Source: an uncultured archaeon (lineage in GTDB: Archaea > Asgardarchaeota > Hermodarchaeia > Hermodarchaeales > Hermodarchaeaceae). Taken from it: DNA of 64,000 nucleotides. The DNA lies in NCBI GenBank assembly GCA_964347045.1, contig CAYFXC010000003.1, positions 51,669 to 115,668 of the forward strand. Reading direction: 5' to 3'. The notes under the pieces were generated by a model that worked only from the letters and a program-made list of their open reading frames with translations, had not been told where the DNA came from and ran no database searches. Below are positions 53,822 to 62,650 of the stretch, piece by piece; position 1 is the first letter of the stretch; every line of letters starts with the position of its first letter. A program made the translations under genes and the position numbers.

Positions 53822-55429
53822 ATGGCTAAATTACCTAAATTAAACACTAAAATTAAATCAGTCACGATTTACCGAAATGGTGCTAAAATCGAGCGGACAG
53901 GTGTAATTGAATTAAAACCAGGTATTCATAAACTCGAAATTGCTAATCTAACACGCTTTTTAGACAAGGAAAGTGTTCGCGTTTCGGGTCGTGGACACGC
54001 CACTATCGTTGGCTTCGACACGGTTGACACAACCGTCGAAGTAAGTGGATATTCCAAACTGGATACACTGATCAAGAAGCGAGAAAATTTGCAGAAACAA
54101 CTTGCTCAAACCCAGAGTGAACTCGAACGTATAACTCGGCGTGTGACCTTCTATTCCCAAGTACTTGAAAATTCTGCAGGTGAATTCTCTCGGTGGATTC
54201 CTGCAGGAGAAAGTAATGTTGATCAATTAAGCTCCCTTGAATCCTTGGTGACAACACAACTAGATACACTCTACAAGCATCAATTCAAATTACACGAGGA
54301 CCGAGAAAAGATTCAAAAAGAAATTTCAATGGCAACTCGGGAAATCGATAAGTTCCGCAGCGAAGTCAACCAATATGAAGTTTCTAACAGCATTTTGATT
54401 AATGTTAAAGCTCATAAACTCGGAAAGTGTGAATTCAACATTTCCTATTTTGTGGAAAACGCCTATTGGGAACCAACTTATGATTTTATCCTCTCTGAGG
54501 ATTCAACGGATGTTACAATGTACACTGTTGTACAGAATAATACTCAGGAAGACTGGGATGGTGTGAATCTAACAGTTTCAACTGCTTCAAGGCGTACAGC
54601 AAAAATTACTGAACCATCTCCGTACTTTGTGTCAATCTATACCCCTCCACCGCCACGCCCAAGGAGAACGATGGCAAAGGAAAGAAAACTAGCAGCTCCT
54701 GCCGCTACCGGGGCTATTGACGACGAATTAGAAGCTGAGGAATTAGCAATGATACCGGAGGAACCACTTCCAGAAATGGCTCCACCCCCCGTCACAGCTA
54801 TGGCTATGGATATTGGCGGAGTATATGTGTTTGTACTCCCTAATCGAGTAAAGGTAGCTGCAGATGGAGAACCTCATGCATTTCCAACAAGCCATATCCA
54901 ACTAGAAGCTGACAGGAAATTCTTCTGGAATGCCGTAGACTTCGCCGAAGCAATTGAAGCAACCACTATCGAAAATGCTGACACTGTTTTACTCCCCGGT
55001 CGAGCGCGAATCTACTTCTTGGACGAATATCTCGGTGAAACCCATCTTAACCTCGTAGCTCCTAATGAGAAAGTCGATGTGGGTATGCGCTTTTCGTATG
55101 ATCTCAAAGTGGAAAAGAAACTAGTTGCGAAAAGTACAGAAAAGAAGGGATTACTCAAAGGGAATGTCGCACGAGATTACGCCTATGAACTGACCATTAC
55201 CAACTACCGGAAGAAAATGAGTACTGTAAAGATAATGGATCGCATTCCTCATAGCGATTCAGAAATCATCAAGATAGAAGACCGGAAATACTCTCCTCAA
55301 CCCTCTAAAGATGAGCTTGGGATTCTCACTTGGGAAATTGAAATTCCAAAAGAAGGTGAAACAAAAATCATCTATTCCTTCAAAGTGGAGTATCCGCGTG
55401 GTGAAACAATCACGCCACCATTACCCTAG
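53822..55429 (+). CDS. DUF4139/DUF4140-type protein (TIGR02231-like)
   Basis: It has an N-terminal VTIYRNGAKIERTG pattern, a coiled-coil segment, a Pro/acidic linker and a large beta-rich C-terminus. The start is TTG 53813 or ATG 53822. Confidence 0.55.
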   Translation: MAKLPKLNTKIKSVTIYRNGAKIERTGVIELKPGIHKLEIANLTRFLDKESVRVSGRGHATIVGFDTVDTTVEVSGYSKLDTLIKKRENLQKQLAQTQSELERITRRVTFYSQVLENSAGEFSRWIPAGESNVDQLSSLESLVTTQLDTLYKHQFKLHEDREKIQKEISMATREIDKFRSEVNQYEVSNSILINVKAHKLGKCEFNISYFVENAYWEPTYDFILSEDSTDVTMYTVVQNNTQEDWDGVNLTVSTASRRTAKITEPSPYFVSIYTPPPPRPRRTMAKERKLAAPAATGAIDDELEAEELAMIPEEPLPEMAPPPVTAMAMDIGGVYVFVLPNRVKVAADGEPHAFPTSHIQLEADRKFFWNAVDFAEAIEATTIENADTVLLPGRARIYFLDEYLGETHLNLVAPNEKVDVGMRFSYDLKVEKKLVAKSTEKKGLLKGNVARDYAYELTITNYRKKMSTVKIMDRIPHSDSEIIKIEDRKYSPQPSKDELGILTWEIEIPKEGETKIIYSFKVEYPRGETITPPLP

Positions 55430-55451
55430 ATGAATCTCTGTGGTTAATTAA

Positions 55452-56039
55452 ATGTCATATTACGATGAACCGAAGAAGCGTATTATCTCTTCAATGGATT
55501 CTCGTCAGACTCTCCATTATGTCCTCAAATCTTCTCTTCATCATCACGGATGGAAATTAGAAGTGAGGGAGTTGAAAGGGCCACTTCTTTTCAAGGTAAT
55601 CAGACATCCAATACATCCTTCTTATTACAAGCTACAATCACTCAACTCACAGAAAATCAATCCGATGAAAATCAAATCCTTATTGTTCGAAGATACTTTT
55701 CGGTACGTTCTGTATGATGGAAATAAGGAGCAAGTATCAATTCTTTCCGACCAAAATTCTCCTGAGGTTTTGTTTCGTAATCACCAACGAAAAACCATTG
55801 CCCGATTCTCGCCCCTAAGCTCTGAGGTGGTTTTATTACGTACTCCAAGAGCAACTGTTGCTCGTCTTCGATTCAAAGAAAAACCAACGCCTTTGAGTTT
55901 TAAAGTCGAATGCGAGGCTGAAGTAGGTCTTCAATGGCTATTCGCTCTCATTCTCTATTCAGTCGCTCATATAGAAAATACAAAACCAACTCCACATCCA
56001 GAGAAAACAGAACTGGAAGAGGATGAAAAAACTGAGTAA
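55452..56039 (+). CDS. Hypothetical protein, possibly with a Tubby/LURP-one/scramblase-like fold
   Basis: It has a beta-rich body ending in a hydrophobic helix (LQWLFALILYSVAHI). The resemblance is weak and was judged by eye. Confidence 0.35.
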   Translation: MSYYDEPKKRIISSMDSRQTLHYVLKSSLHHHGWKLEVRELKGPLLFKVIRHPIHPSYYKLQSLNSQKINPMKIKSLLFEDTFRYVLYDGNKEQVSILSDQNSPEVLFRNHQRKTIARFSPLSSEVVLLRTPRATVARLRFKEKPTPLSFKVECEAEVGLQWLFALILYSVAHIENTKPTPHPEKTELEEDEKTE

Positions 56040-56131
56040 CACATCTGTAACTCCTTAATCTTTTAGAATAAGGAACACCCAACCTCTTCATTGAAGCTAG
56101 TATTCAGATAACCTGGATGTGTAAGTTTCAT

Positions 56132-56902
56132 ATGCAAATCGAAGTATTAGGAAGCTCATCCTTCATTCCCACCCTAAAAGGCAGCTGGTCTAGCTTCTTT
56201 GTTAATCTTGGAAAGGGTGATCGAATCCTCATTGATGCTGGCACCCGACGCCTTCTCGGTCTACGGAAAGACGTTCTTTCTATAAACCACATCTTCATTA
56301 CCCATCGTCACCCAGACCATGTCATGTTTCTCGGTGCATTATTACGTCGCATGAAACGAAACAAACGTAAAAAACCACTAACGATATTCTGCCCTGTTAA
56401 TGCGTTCTATCATGTAATCGGATACATCCGCTTCTATAATCCGAAAGGTGTTCCAGATTTTGTTAATTTCGAAACTTTTACGCCTGGGAAACCCGAATAT
56501 CTCATTTCACTTTCCAAATCCAACACGGAAATGTGGGCTGCCGCTGCTTGTCATACAACGATGGCAGCAGGATATGGCATTATTCAAGGAGACACCAAAG
56601 TAGTTATTGTACCTGATACTGCTCCAAATTGTAAACCACTTTTGGCGTTGGCAAAGGGTGCCCGTGCACTATTTCATGATACCACGTTTCCCACTGCTAA
56701 ATACGGCTTCGCAGTAGCAAAAGGACATTCAAGTCCAGAAGGTGCTGGCTTGGATGCCGAAAAGGCTAGAGTGCAAACATTAGTGTTAATTCATACTAGT
56801 CGCGCGCGTTCTCGTGACGCACATACTCTCTTTGCAGGTGCTGCGAGATATTTTGGTGGCGAAATTCAAGTAGGTTCAGATACTTCGACATTTACATTTT
56901 AA
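56132..56902 (+). CDS. Metallo-beta-lactamase-fold hydrolase (RNase Z-like)
   Basis: It has the ITHRHPDH motif. I prefer the ATG at 56132. Confidence 0.7.
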   Translation: MQIEVLGSSSFIPTLKGSWSSFFVNLGKGDRILIDAGTRRLLGLRKDVLSINHIFITHRHPDHVMFLGALLRRMKRNKRKKPLTIFCPVNAFYHVIGYIRFYNPKGVPDFVNFETFTPGKPEYLISLSKSNTEMWAAAACHTTMAAGYGIIQGDTKVVIVPDTAPNCKPLLALAKGARALFHDTTFPTAKYGFAVAKGHSSPEGAGLDAEKARVQTLVLIHTSRARSRDAHTLFAGAARYFGGEIQVGSDTSTFTF

Positions 56903-57921
56903 TGTACAAAGCAAGAAATGGTTCCTTGATGACCTCTTCTCATTCAAAAAGAAAAATCCCGACTGTTGCTTGTTTAGGCGAAGTAATCATTGATTTTATT
57001 GCCGAAGAAATTGGAACCCTAGACACAGTCAGTTCTTTTTCTAAGTATCCAGGAGGCGCTCCTGCCAACGTTGCTGTGGGAGTTGCAAGATTGGGTGTTG
57101 CTACTGGATTCATCGGAAAGGTAGGTTTTGACGCTTTTGGAGACTATTTAATTTCTATACTTAAACAAAATGGAGTGGACATAAGGGGCATCACTCAAAC
57201 CAAGGACGCACCGACAGCAGTAGCTTTTGTGAGTCGTTCTACATCCAAAGACCGTGATTTCCTTTTCTACCGTAATCCGTGTGCTGATCTTCTTTTGAAA
57301 AAATCTGAGCTCCCACGGGACTGGTTGACTCAAATTAAGTATTTGCATATCGGTGGTGTGAGTCTAACCCAAGAACCAAGTCGACAAGCAACCATGTATG
57401 CAACAAAAGTTGCTAAACAGAGTGGGGTGAATGTTACTTTTGATCCCAATCTAAGAGTAGATCTTTGGTCAAATGGGCTTCCTGAATGTCGTAAAGTGAT
57501 TCACTCAATCCTTGAAAATACCGATGTCTTTCTTCCCTCTTATGAAGAATTACTGACGCTCATGGCCACTGATAATTTAAACAAGGCATTACTCCGTGCA
57601 CACGATATGGGGCCTTCTATAATTGTTGTAAAAATGGGATCCGATGGGAGTTTAGTCTCAGAGACAAGTCATAAAGGGGAATATCGACAATTTACTCAAT
57701 CTGCTATTGATGTGAAGGTAGTAGATACAACGGGAGCAGGTGATGCCTATGATGCGGGTTTCATTGTAGGGCTTGTTCACGAATTATCAATTGAAGAGGC
57801 AGTTCTATGGGGGACTGCTGTAGCATCTCTTGTGATTACAAAAATTGGTGCAATGACAGCTCTTCCAACAAAAACCGAACTAGCCAATTTCCTAGATGGC
57901 TTTGAGAGAATTGGTTGCTAG
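56902..57921 (+). CDS. PfkB-family carbohydrate kinase
   Basis: It has an N-terminal GEVIIDF motif, GGAPANVA, and the C-terminal DTTGAGDAYDAGF. Confidence 0.85.
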   Translation: MYKARNGSLMTSSHSKRKIPTVACLGEVIIDFIAEEIGTLDTVSSFSKYPGGAPANVAVGVARLGVATGFIGKVGFDAFGDYLISILKQNGVDIRGITQTKDAPTAVAFVSRSTSKDRDFLFYRNPCADLLLKKSELPRDWLTQIKYLHIGGVSLTQEPSRQATMYATKVAKQSGVNVTFDPNLRVDLWSNGLPECRKVIHSILENTDVFLPSYEELLTLMATDNLNKALLRAHDMGPSIIVVKMGSDGSLVSETSHKGEYRQFTQSAIDVKVVDTTGAGDAYDAGFIVGLVHELSIEEAVLWGTAVASLVITKIGAMTALPTKTELANFLDGFERIGC

Positions 57922-58532
57922 GCAACACAATATCGAAAAACGACATGACGACCGGCGGTTTCTGAATCACGAATTATCCGAATTACATCGCCAGGTCGGG
58001 CGCCAATTGCCTTTGCAGCAGGATCTCCTGCCTTGATTTTGGGTAATTGCATCCGGTCAATTCCATATTCTTTCTCAATCGCTTCAATTTCTTTTTGAGT
58101 AATAATATCGTGCTCTGGAACCAGATCATGTTGAAAAAGATCGATTGAAAGAAATCGGTGATGTAAAAGTTCAACATCCATTTCTTTGGCTTCACGTCGA
58201 GCGGCATAGGTGTATCGTTCTCCGCCAATGATGATAGCGTGTGTAAACTCGCCAATATCTCGCGCTTTTATTGTATTTCGTAAAATTTCAACACCAACTG
58301 TGGGTGTATCGAGAATAACCCGAACCAATAGATTGGCTTTCGATTTCTCGATTGTCTTTTTAGCATGGATATCAATAACCCCTTCTTTTTCTCCTTCAAC
58401 TCGCTTTGTAATCTTATATCCTCGTCGCTCAATAAGTCGCTTAAGGTAATTGAACTGCTTGTCTGTTAACACAAATCTCACCAAAGATTCCGGAGTTTTT
58501 CCCACGCTCGCTTCGCGACAGAGGATGAACAA
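57918..58532 (-). CDS. rpoH: RNA polymerase subunit H / Rpb5 homologue with an extra N-terminal domain of about 125 aa
   Basis: The C-terminal 75 aa ([69 protein letters not shown]) are a textbook RpoH/Rpb5 C-domain. The N-terminal part is collinear with the eukaryotic Rpb5 N-domain ([28 protein letters not shown]). Its stop shares a CTAG with the pfkB stop. Confidence 0.8.
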   Translation of the reverse strand: [204 protein letters not shown]

Positions 58533-58568
58533 CTTATAAACATTTGTATCCTCTGGGTTTCTCTTCTC

Positions 58569-59363
58569 CTAATGGACGGGTTTGAGTAAGGATTTCCGGT
58601 AATCATGAGGGTCAATCTGTGATGACAATATCTCGATTTCTCTCTCCGAAGGAGGCGCTGTTACTTCAAACTTATCAGGAATTTTAAACAAAAAACCAGT
58701 TTGTTCTTGCACTTGTCTCAGCCCTATACCTGGATGAATTGATTTTAGAAATATTCTTCTGTCACTCCTATTAAATTGAAAAACGCATAAATTTGTAACA
58801 ATAACATCTGGCCCTCCGTGTCGGTGTCCCTTTGCTGCAGAAATCCATCCAGGGCTTGTTATAAATGGGACCTGCTTTACTAGGCTACGCTGGCTATGAT
58901 TCGTTCGCCATGAAACAATCCGTCGAAAGCTTCGAATCATAAGTGGGCCACCCGCTCCTCCAGGCAAACGAACTTTTGGTTGTGTCGGGTCTTTGCCAAT
59001 TATGCTCATGTTCAAATTCCCAAACTGATCAATCTGAACACCACTAAGAAAAGCCACATCCATTCGACCGTTGTTCGCTAAATCAAATATCTCAGGGAAA
59101 GTAATTGCGTTCTCACAATCATCAAAGAGATGTGGATCACCAGTGGAAAAGGGTAGAGTATGAGGCTTTGGATTAATAGTTCCAAGAATTGTGAAATACA
59201 ACAGGTTAGGTGCATGTGTTGCTTTAGCAAGCAGTGTTGCGAGCATTTGCACTGGGCTTGCCACTCCTGTAAAAACTCGGTCTCCATCTTTTAATTGACG
59301 GGCCAATGTTGACAAAATCAGTTCATCAAAGCTATAATCCCTAGATAATTTTGTCATTTGCAT
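58569..59363 (-). CDS. Family I CoA-transferase, subunit B (glutaconate/3-oxoacid CoA-transferase-like)
   Basis: The call rests on family-typical length and pattern, and on pairing with subunit A 3 nt upstream. Confidence 0.75.
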   Translation of the reverse strand: MQMTKLSRDYSFDELILSTLARQLKDGDRVFTGVASPVQMLATLLAKATHAPNLLYFTILGTINPKPHTLPFSTGDPHLFDDCENAITFPEIFDLANNGRMDVAFLSGVQIDQFGNLNMSIIGKDPTQPKVRLPGGAGGPLMIRSFRRIVSWRTNHSQRSLVKQVPFITSPGWISAAKGHRHGGPDVIVTNLCVFQFNRSDRRIFLKSIHPGIGLRQVQEQTGFLFKIPDKFEVTAPPSEREIEILSSQIDPHDYRKSLLKPVH

Positions 59364-59366
59364 CCC

Positions 59367-60266
59367 CTAATTCACTGAATTAGCTTGAGGCGTTCTCCAA
59401 CTAGGAGGTAGCCCCACTTTTTCCAAAAAGGTTTGATGATCAGAACAGGCATGGATATATTCTTGCAGATACTCATCGAAGCCTTTCTGAGTTTGAGCTT
59501 TTTCTTGGTAAAATGAAATATGTGCGGTATCTGTTTCGTATTTTTTATTGAGTGCGGTGGGTGTAGCACCGTACGGAACTATCGATATTGCATCAACAAG
59601 AAAATGAGGAATTGCGATTTGACTCGGTTCAAATATTTCCGACTCTATGCCCTCTTCGACTGTGACTAATACTTTATTACATGCTTGGGCTGTGGTTAAC
59701 GTGAAATTTGTCCATGGTTCAAGCAGGCGCACATTTCCTTTCGAGTCCGCTGAGTGAGCATGGAGCAATAAAACATCGGGACGTAAAGCTGGAACTATGA
59801 TGATCGTTTCTTTTGGGTCATAGGGGGACTGCATCAAAAGATAATCTTTACGAATGGAGAGTAAATCAGATCCCCGAAAATCTGGTAGTGGGATGAATGG
59901 AATACCAAATGCTCCTGCGCGTAGAGCCATGCAGATGGCATAACCCATACTTTCCTTTACACGAATCAATCTATTTTCGACAGCTTCTCGGAAACGGCGC
60001 ATTGTTGCAAAACCATTTTGGGTCATAAAACCCAGAAAATAGAATTCGAGTTCTGAAACAGTACCAGCTCCAACGAGCTGATCTATGGCTAAACCATTAG
60101 GTGCACTAACAATTCGGAGATCTCGGAGCTCAGCGCGGATAATCTCATGAACTGCAGCCATAGGTAAGCGGTTGATCAGTAATCCTTCCAAATAGATATG
60201 GCTCTTATGAGAGATGTTCTGACGTACTAGCTGGTGTAGCGACGTGAACTTATGGGATTTAGACAT
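59367..60266 (-). CDS. Family I CoA-transferase, subunit A
   Basis: It shows the typical AtoD/GctA-like pattern and is adjacent to subunit B. Confidence 0.75.
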   Translation of the reverse strand: MSKSHKFTSLHQLVRQNISHKSHIYLEGLLINRLPMAAVHEIIRAELRDLRIVSAPNGLAIDQLVGAGTVSELEFYFLGFMTQNGFATMRRFREAVENRLIRVKESMGYAICMALRAGAFGIPFIPLPDFRGSDLLSIRKDYLLMQSPYDPKETIIIVPALRPDVLLLHAHSADSKGNVRLLEPWTNFTLTTAQACNKVLVTVEEGIESEIFEPSQIAIPHFLVDAISIVPYGATPTALNKKYETDTAHISFYQEKAQTQKGFDEYLQEYIHACSDHQTFLEKVGLPPSWRTPQANSVN

Positions 60267-60325
60267 GATTAATCCAACCAGGGCTTTTTTTCAAATGGTC
60301 GATTTTTTGGAGATGCGGCGCTTAG

Positions 60326-61342
60326 TTATTTGGTATTTTCTTTGGGTTCCGTAATGCGGATCCAGCCTTTCCTTATCACCCAAATTAGTGGGATGATAAT
60401 TGCTGGAACAACAATCAGTAACTGAATTTGCCAAGTATACACAGGAATCCCGTATGGTAGATAGAATAGGGGCAAGGGCCAAAAGACGTTATACATCCCT
60501 AGGATGTTCGCAACAAGGGATGGAACCGCAACGGTAACAGTAATTGCAGTCAAGATCACGATTACCCGGTTCAAGCGATTGGCGAGTAATATCGAATGTA
60601 ATGAGACAAGGTCCGTTAGGTTGCGTGCATTAATCTCCAGAGCTTGTTGTTGTCGTTCTAGTTCTGAAATAGTTGTGCTAAGAAGTGCTCTCAACTCATC
60701 TGTTAGTTGCAAATTGCGCGGAACGTGTTGAAGCATCATATCGATGAATTGACGCTGAGAGGTAAGATGTTGGTAAAATTCGTTTTGAAGAGAGCGAATT
60801 CGCTGGATTTCTGAAAGTAATGTATTGATGTCGATATCAGCGTATCTCGATTCCAATTCTTTGGTTGCTTCTACAATTTGATTAATTATTAGTGCGTTTC
60901 GCTCTATAATTTCTTGTACAATACGAACAGCAACTAAAGATGGATTCACTTGTTGTCCGGAAGTCACAAGGTTTCTAAGGGTTTCTTCAACTTCAACAAT
61001 GGCATCATCTGGGATTCTCTTGCCAACGGTAGCAACCATTTTCTCTCCTAATAATATCAGAACTGGTTCTGAATGCTGTATTGGTTCTAGAACTATGGTT
61101 GGTACATGAAATGCTGAGTAGTCATAAAATCTATGATAACGACCTTTGTGTGATTGTTCTAAAACGCGGGAGAGGCTTTTTGAATCAACTGACAAGAACA
61201 AACCTAGTTCACTATACTCCTCTGCGATGGGGTCTACAGCAGAAAGCCAAATGAAATCAGTTTTCCTCCAGATTTTCTGGAAATCTTCACCTTTTGCTAG
61301 TTTATGAAACTCATTGTTTCTGGTATAGTACACTTGTAGCAT
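60326..61342 (-). CDS. corA: CorA-family divalent cation channel with a non-canonical pore-loop motif
   Basis: It has a cytoplasmic alpha/beta plus coiled-coil domain and two C-terminal TM helices. The loop reads ILGMYNVF where YGMNF is expected. I prefer the ATG at 61342. Confidence 0.75.
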   Translation of the reverse strand: MLQVYYTRNNEFHKLAKGEDFQKIWRKTDFIWLSAVDPIAEEYSELGLFLSVDSKSLSRVLEQSHKGRYHRFYDYSAFHVPTIVLEPIQHSEPVLILLGEKMVATVGKRIPDDAIVEVEETLRNLVTSGQQVNPSLVAVRIVQEIIERNALIINQIVEATKELESRYADIDINTLLSEIQRIRSLQNEFYQHLTSQRQFIDMMLQHVPRNLQLTDELRALLSTTISELERQQQALEINARNLTDLVSLHSILLANRLNRVIVILTAITVTVAVPSLVANILGMYNVFWPLPLFYLPYGIPVYTWQIQLLIVVPAIIIPLIWVIRKGWIRITEPKENTK

Positions 61343-61429
61343 AGTGATCCTAAACCTCCACAATTTGGCTGGACCAACAATTCATGTATTAGGAGGAGGG
61401 GGTATTAAAAGATTGAAAATTAGCACGAC

Positions 61430-62536
61430 CTACTTCATTCGACGTGAAAGTGTTATAGTCTCACCCTTTAGTTCTAGAAGTCCTGCCCGGACAAGTTCTT
61501 GTACACGTCGTCGGGCTTCGTAAATACCCACACCTAGAATCTTACTCATCTCTTCAAGGGTGCGTTGACCAGTTTCACGCACCAATAAGTAAATTCGATA
61601 TTTAGAATCTTTTTCAAGAGCTTTTTTCAAATGGTCCAGCTCAACTTCCAAATCGTTGACTCGCCGCCGTAAAACAGTTGTATCTTGCACGGCTTCTCGT
61701 TGTACAATTTCTACAGTTCGAAGTTTAGATGCCTCTTCTTGAGCGTCTTGAGCCAAATCCTTTTTCACAAGTATGTCTTTTTGCAGAGCAACCAGTTCTA
61801 CATCGCGTTTTTTAATGACTTCACGTAACTTCCCAATCTGTTCAGCCATTGCCTCTAGCTGAATTAACAGGTGCTCTTCTCGCTCTTTTGATGTGTTTTC
61901 TAAATTTTTGTGATCTTTTTCAAGTTTCAGAAGCTTCTGTGTAGCCTCTGAAAGTTCCCCTTTTGTTCCTTTGAGCTTTTTCGTCTTATCTTTTTCGCTA
62001 ATAGTGACCTTGTTCAATTCAGTTTCTAAGTCAGTTATCTGCTTTTGTAGTTCTGCGTTATCATTATTTGCTTGATCAAGTTGTTGAGTAAGGGAGGCTA
62101 CCTGTTCATTAAGAACTGCTTTCTTAGTGCTAGTTTCATCAACTTGATTTAGAAGATCAGCAACCTGCTTAGAAATCTCTTGATTCTCATGTTTTACTTT
62201 CCTAAATTCAGCAGTTAACGATGTAATTTCATCACGCAATAGAGCTGTTTCATCTTCGATTTCTTCACTTATTGCTTCAACATGTTCTGCTGGCGTTTCG
62301 GTGACTTCTTTCTCCGATAAAATTTCTGACGGGTCGTCAATTAGTTCAGTATTTGGTTCTTCTGTGGGTTCTTCTGTGGGTTCTTCTGTGGGTTCTTCTG
62401 TGGGTTCTTCTGTGGGTTCAGAAACGGGCTCATCAACAGGTTCGATTGTGTATTCGCTTTTTTGTTCTCCTAGTTTTCGATATCTCCATTTCTTATCAGT
62501 TGAATTTGGTGAGTCCTCAGGCAGCTCAAATGGCAT
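61430..62536 (-). CDS. Acidic-repeat / long coiled-coil protein with a C-terminal winged-helix domain
   Basis: It has an (EPTE)n repeat, about 200 aa of heptad-like sequence, and the C-terminal RTLEEMSKILGVGIYEARRRVQELVRAGLLE. Confidence 0.55.
   Translation of the reverse strand: MPFELPEDSPNSTDKKWRYRKLGEQKSEYTIEPVDEPVSEPTEEPTEEPTEEPTEEPTEEPNTELIDDPSEILSEKEVTETPAEHVEAISEEIEDETALLRDEITSLTAEFRKVKHENQEISKQVADLLNQVDETSTKKAVLNEQVASLTQQLDQANNDNAELQKQITDLETELNKVTISEKDKTKKLKGTKGELSEATQKLLKLEKDHKNLENTSKEREEHLLIQLEAMAEQIGKLREVIKKRDVELVALQKDILVKKDLAQDAQEEASKLRTVEIVQREAVQDTTVLRRRVNDLEVELDHLKKALEKDSKYRIYLLVRETGQRTLEEMSKILGVGIYEARRRVQELVRAGLLELKGETITLSRRMK
62354..62419. repeat. Tandem 12-nt repeat, about 5.5 copies
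   Basis: The unit GGGTTCTTCTGT is repeated head-to-tail. It encodes EPTE repeats in frame on the minus strand. Confidence 0.9.
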
Positions 62537-62650
62537 ACGAATTCCCCTTTTAGTACTAGATTATCAATTCAAATACGCAAAAAACTTTGTGGCGCTCTTA
62601 TACAAGAGTATAGAATCTCGCGTAACACAAAATGTCAAAACTACTTCTTT

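Noticed and set aside
62354-62419. The tandem repeat considered as a CRISPR-like or non-coding microsatellite array.
   Set aside because: The units are contiguous 12-mers without spacers, and they are in frame within a long ORF encoding EPTE repeats.
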